The notes below the pieces were generated by a model that saw only the letters and a program-made list of their open reading frames with translations, was not told where the DNA came from and did not search any database. DNA of 62,945 nucleotides, the filler included, from Hyphochytrium catenoides (lineage: Eukaryota > Protista > Hyphochytriomycota): NCBI GenBank assembly GCA_900088475.1. It is 9 parts of 9 records of this genome, joined end to end, with 100 filler letters (N's around TTAATTAATTAA, not from the genome) between each part and the next. Parts side by side here need not be neighbours in the genome. Positions count along the whole stretch, not along the records: positions 61,682 to 62,945 come from FLMG01001807.1; 8 more parts are not named here. One strand, given 5' to 3'. A program made the translations under genes and the position numbers. Each line of letters opens with the position of its first letter. Position 1 is the stretch's first letter. Of the stretch, positions 62,562-62,945 are shown in pieces.

Positions 62562-62945
62562 AACAGAGGCAGACAGAGAGACAGTCACACAGAGAAAGAG
62601 AAGAGAAAGGAAGTGAGAGAGACAGAGGAAGACAGAGAGAGAAGGAGAGGGGAAGACAAAAGAAGAAAGAGAGAGGGAGAGAAAGAGAGAGACGGGGAGA
62701 AAAAGAGAGAGAGAGTGTGTGCCCCTACAATTCGATCTTTAGTATGGTCCTTCCTCTCCTCTTTCCCATGCTCTCCTCATCACTCTGAACGATCACCAGC
62801 CGGAAGCAACTTCATTTCTTGTGCCCCTGCGTCTCAAACAAGGAGATACGTCTCACTCTCTTTTCGCCGTTGTTCCTCTTTCTCTTTCTCTCTTGGGTCT
62901 GCGGCCCTTTCAGATCCGGACACAATATAGTCGCGACCCGCTGAC
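61683..62945 (+). CDS. Alpha/beta-hydrolase (monoglyceride lipase/lysophospholipase-like), partial; exons 61683-61793, 62292-62483, 62914-end
   Basis: Nucleophile elbow KPAFILAHSMGAAIAI, then LRGMVLNAP...LAFLLPKL, then IRTQYSRDPL. Phase-0 GT-AG junctions. Confidence 0.8.

Overview
Eukaryotic (protist-like) genomic DNA with spliceosomal introns and a very heavy (CT)n/(AG)n microsatellite load. The organism cannot be named from the sequence. The window is nine pieces joined by artificial 100-bp linkers (44 N + TTAATTAATTAA + 44 N), so adjacency across linkers is not trustworthy. Manually spliced genes: a USP36/USP42-type deubiquitinase, a very large WW-WW/acidic/Tudor-like protein, a membrane RING-H2 E3 ligase, a SpoU/TrmH methyltransferase, two tandem 7TM-RGS copies (one apparently disabled, one cut by a gap), a Sel1-repeat fragment, a class I PLP aminotransferase with a duplicated last exon, a tyrosinase with a GPI-like tail and an alpha/beta-hydrolase fragment. 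Two loci stand out. (1) An intronless gene at 34047-35540 fuses a protoglobin/sensor-type globin to an RGS domain, a candidate haem/gas-sensing regulator of heterotrimeric G proteins. (2) A pair of KGG/GsiB-like repeat hydrophilin genes at 41745-43754 and 47657-49456; the second splices onto a degenerate DNA polymerase X/beta N-terminal helix-hairpin-helix domain that the ORF track does not show. All family calls come from motif recognition by eye; no database searches were run.
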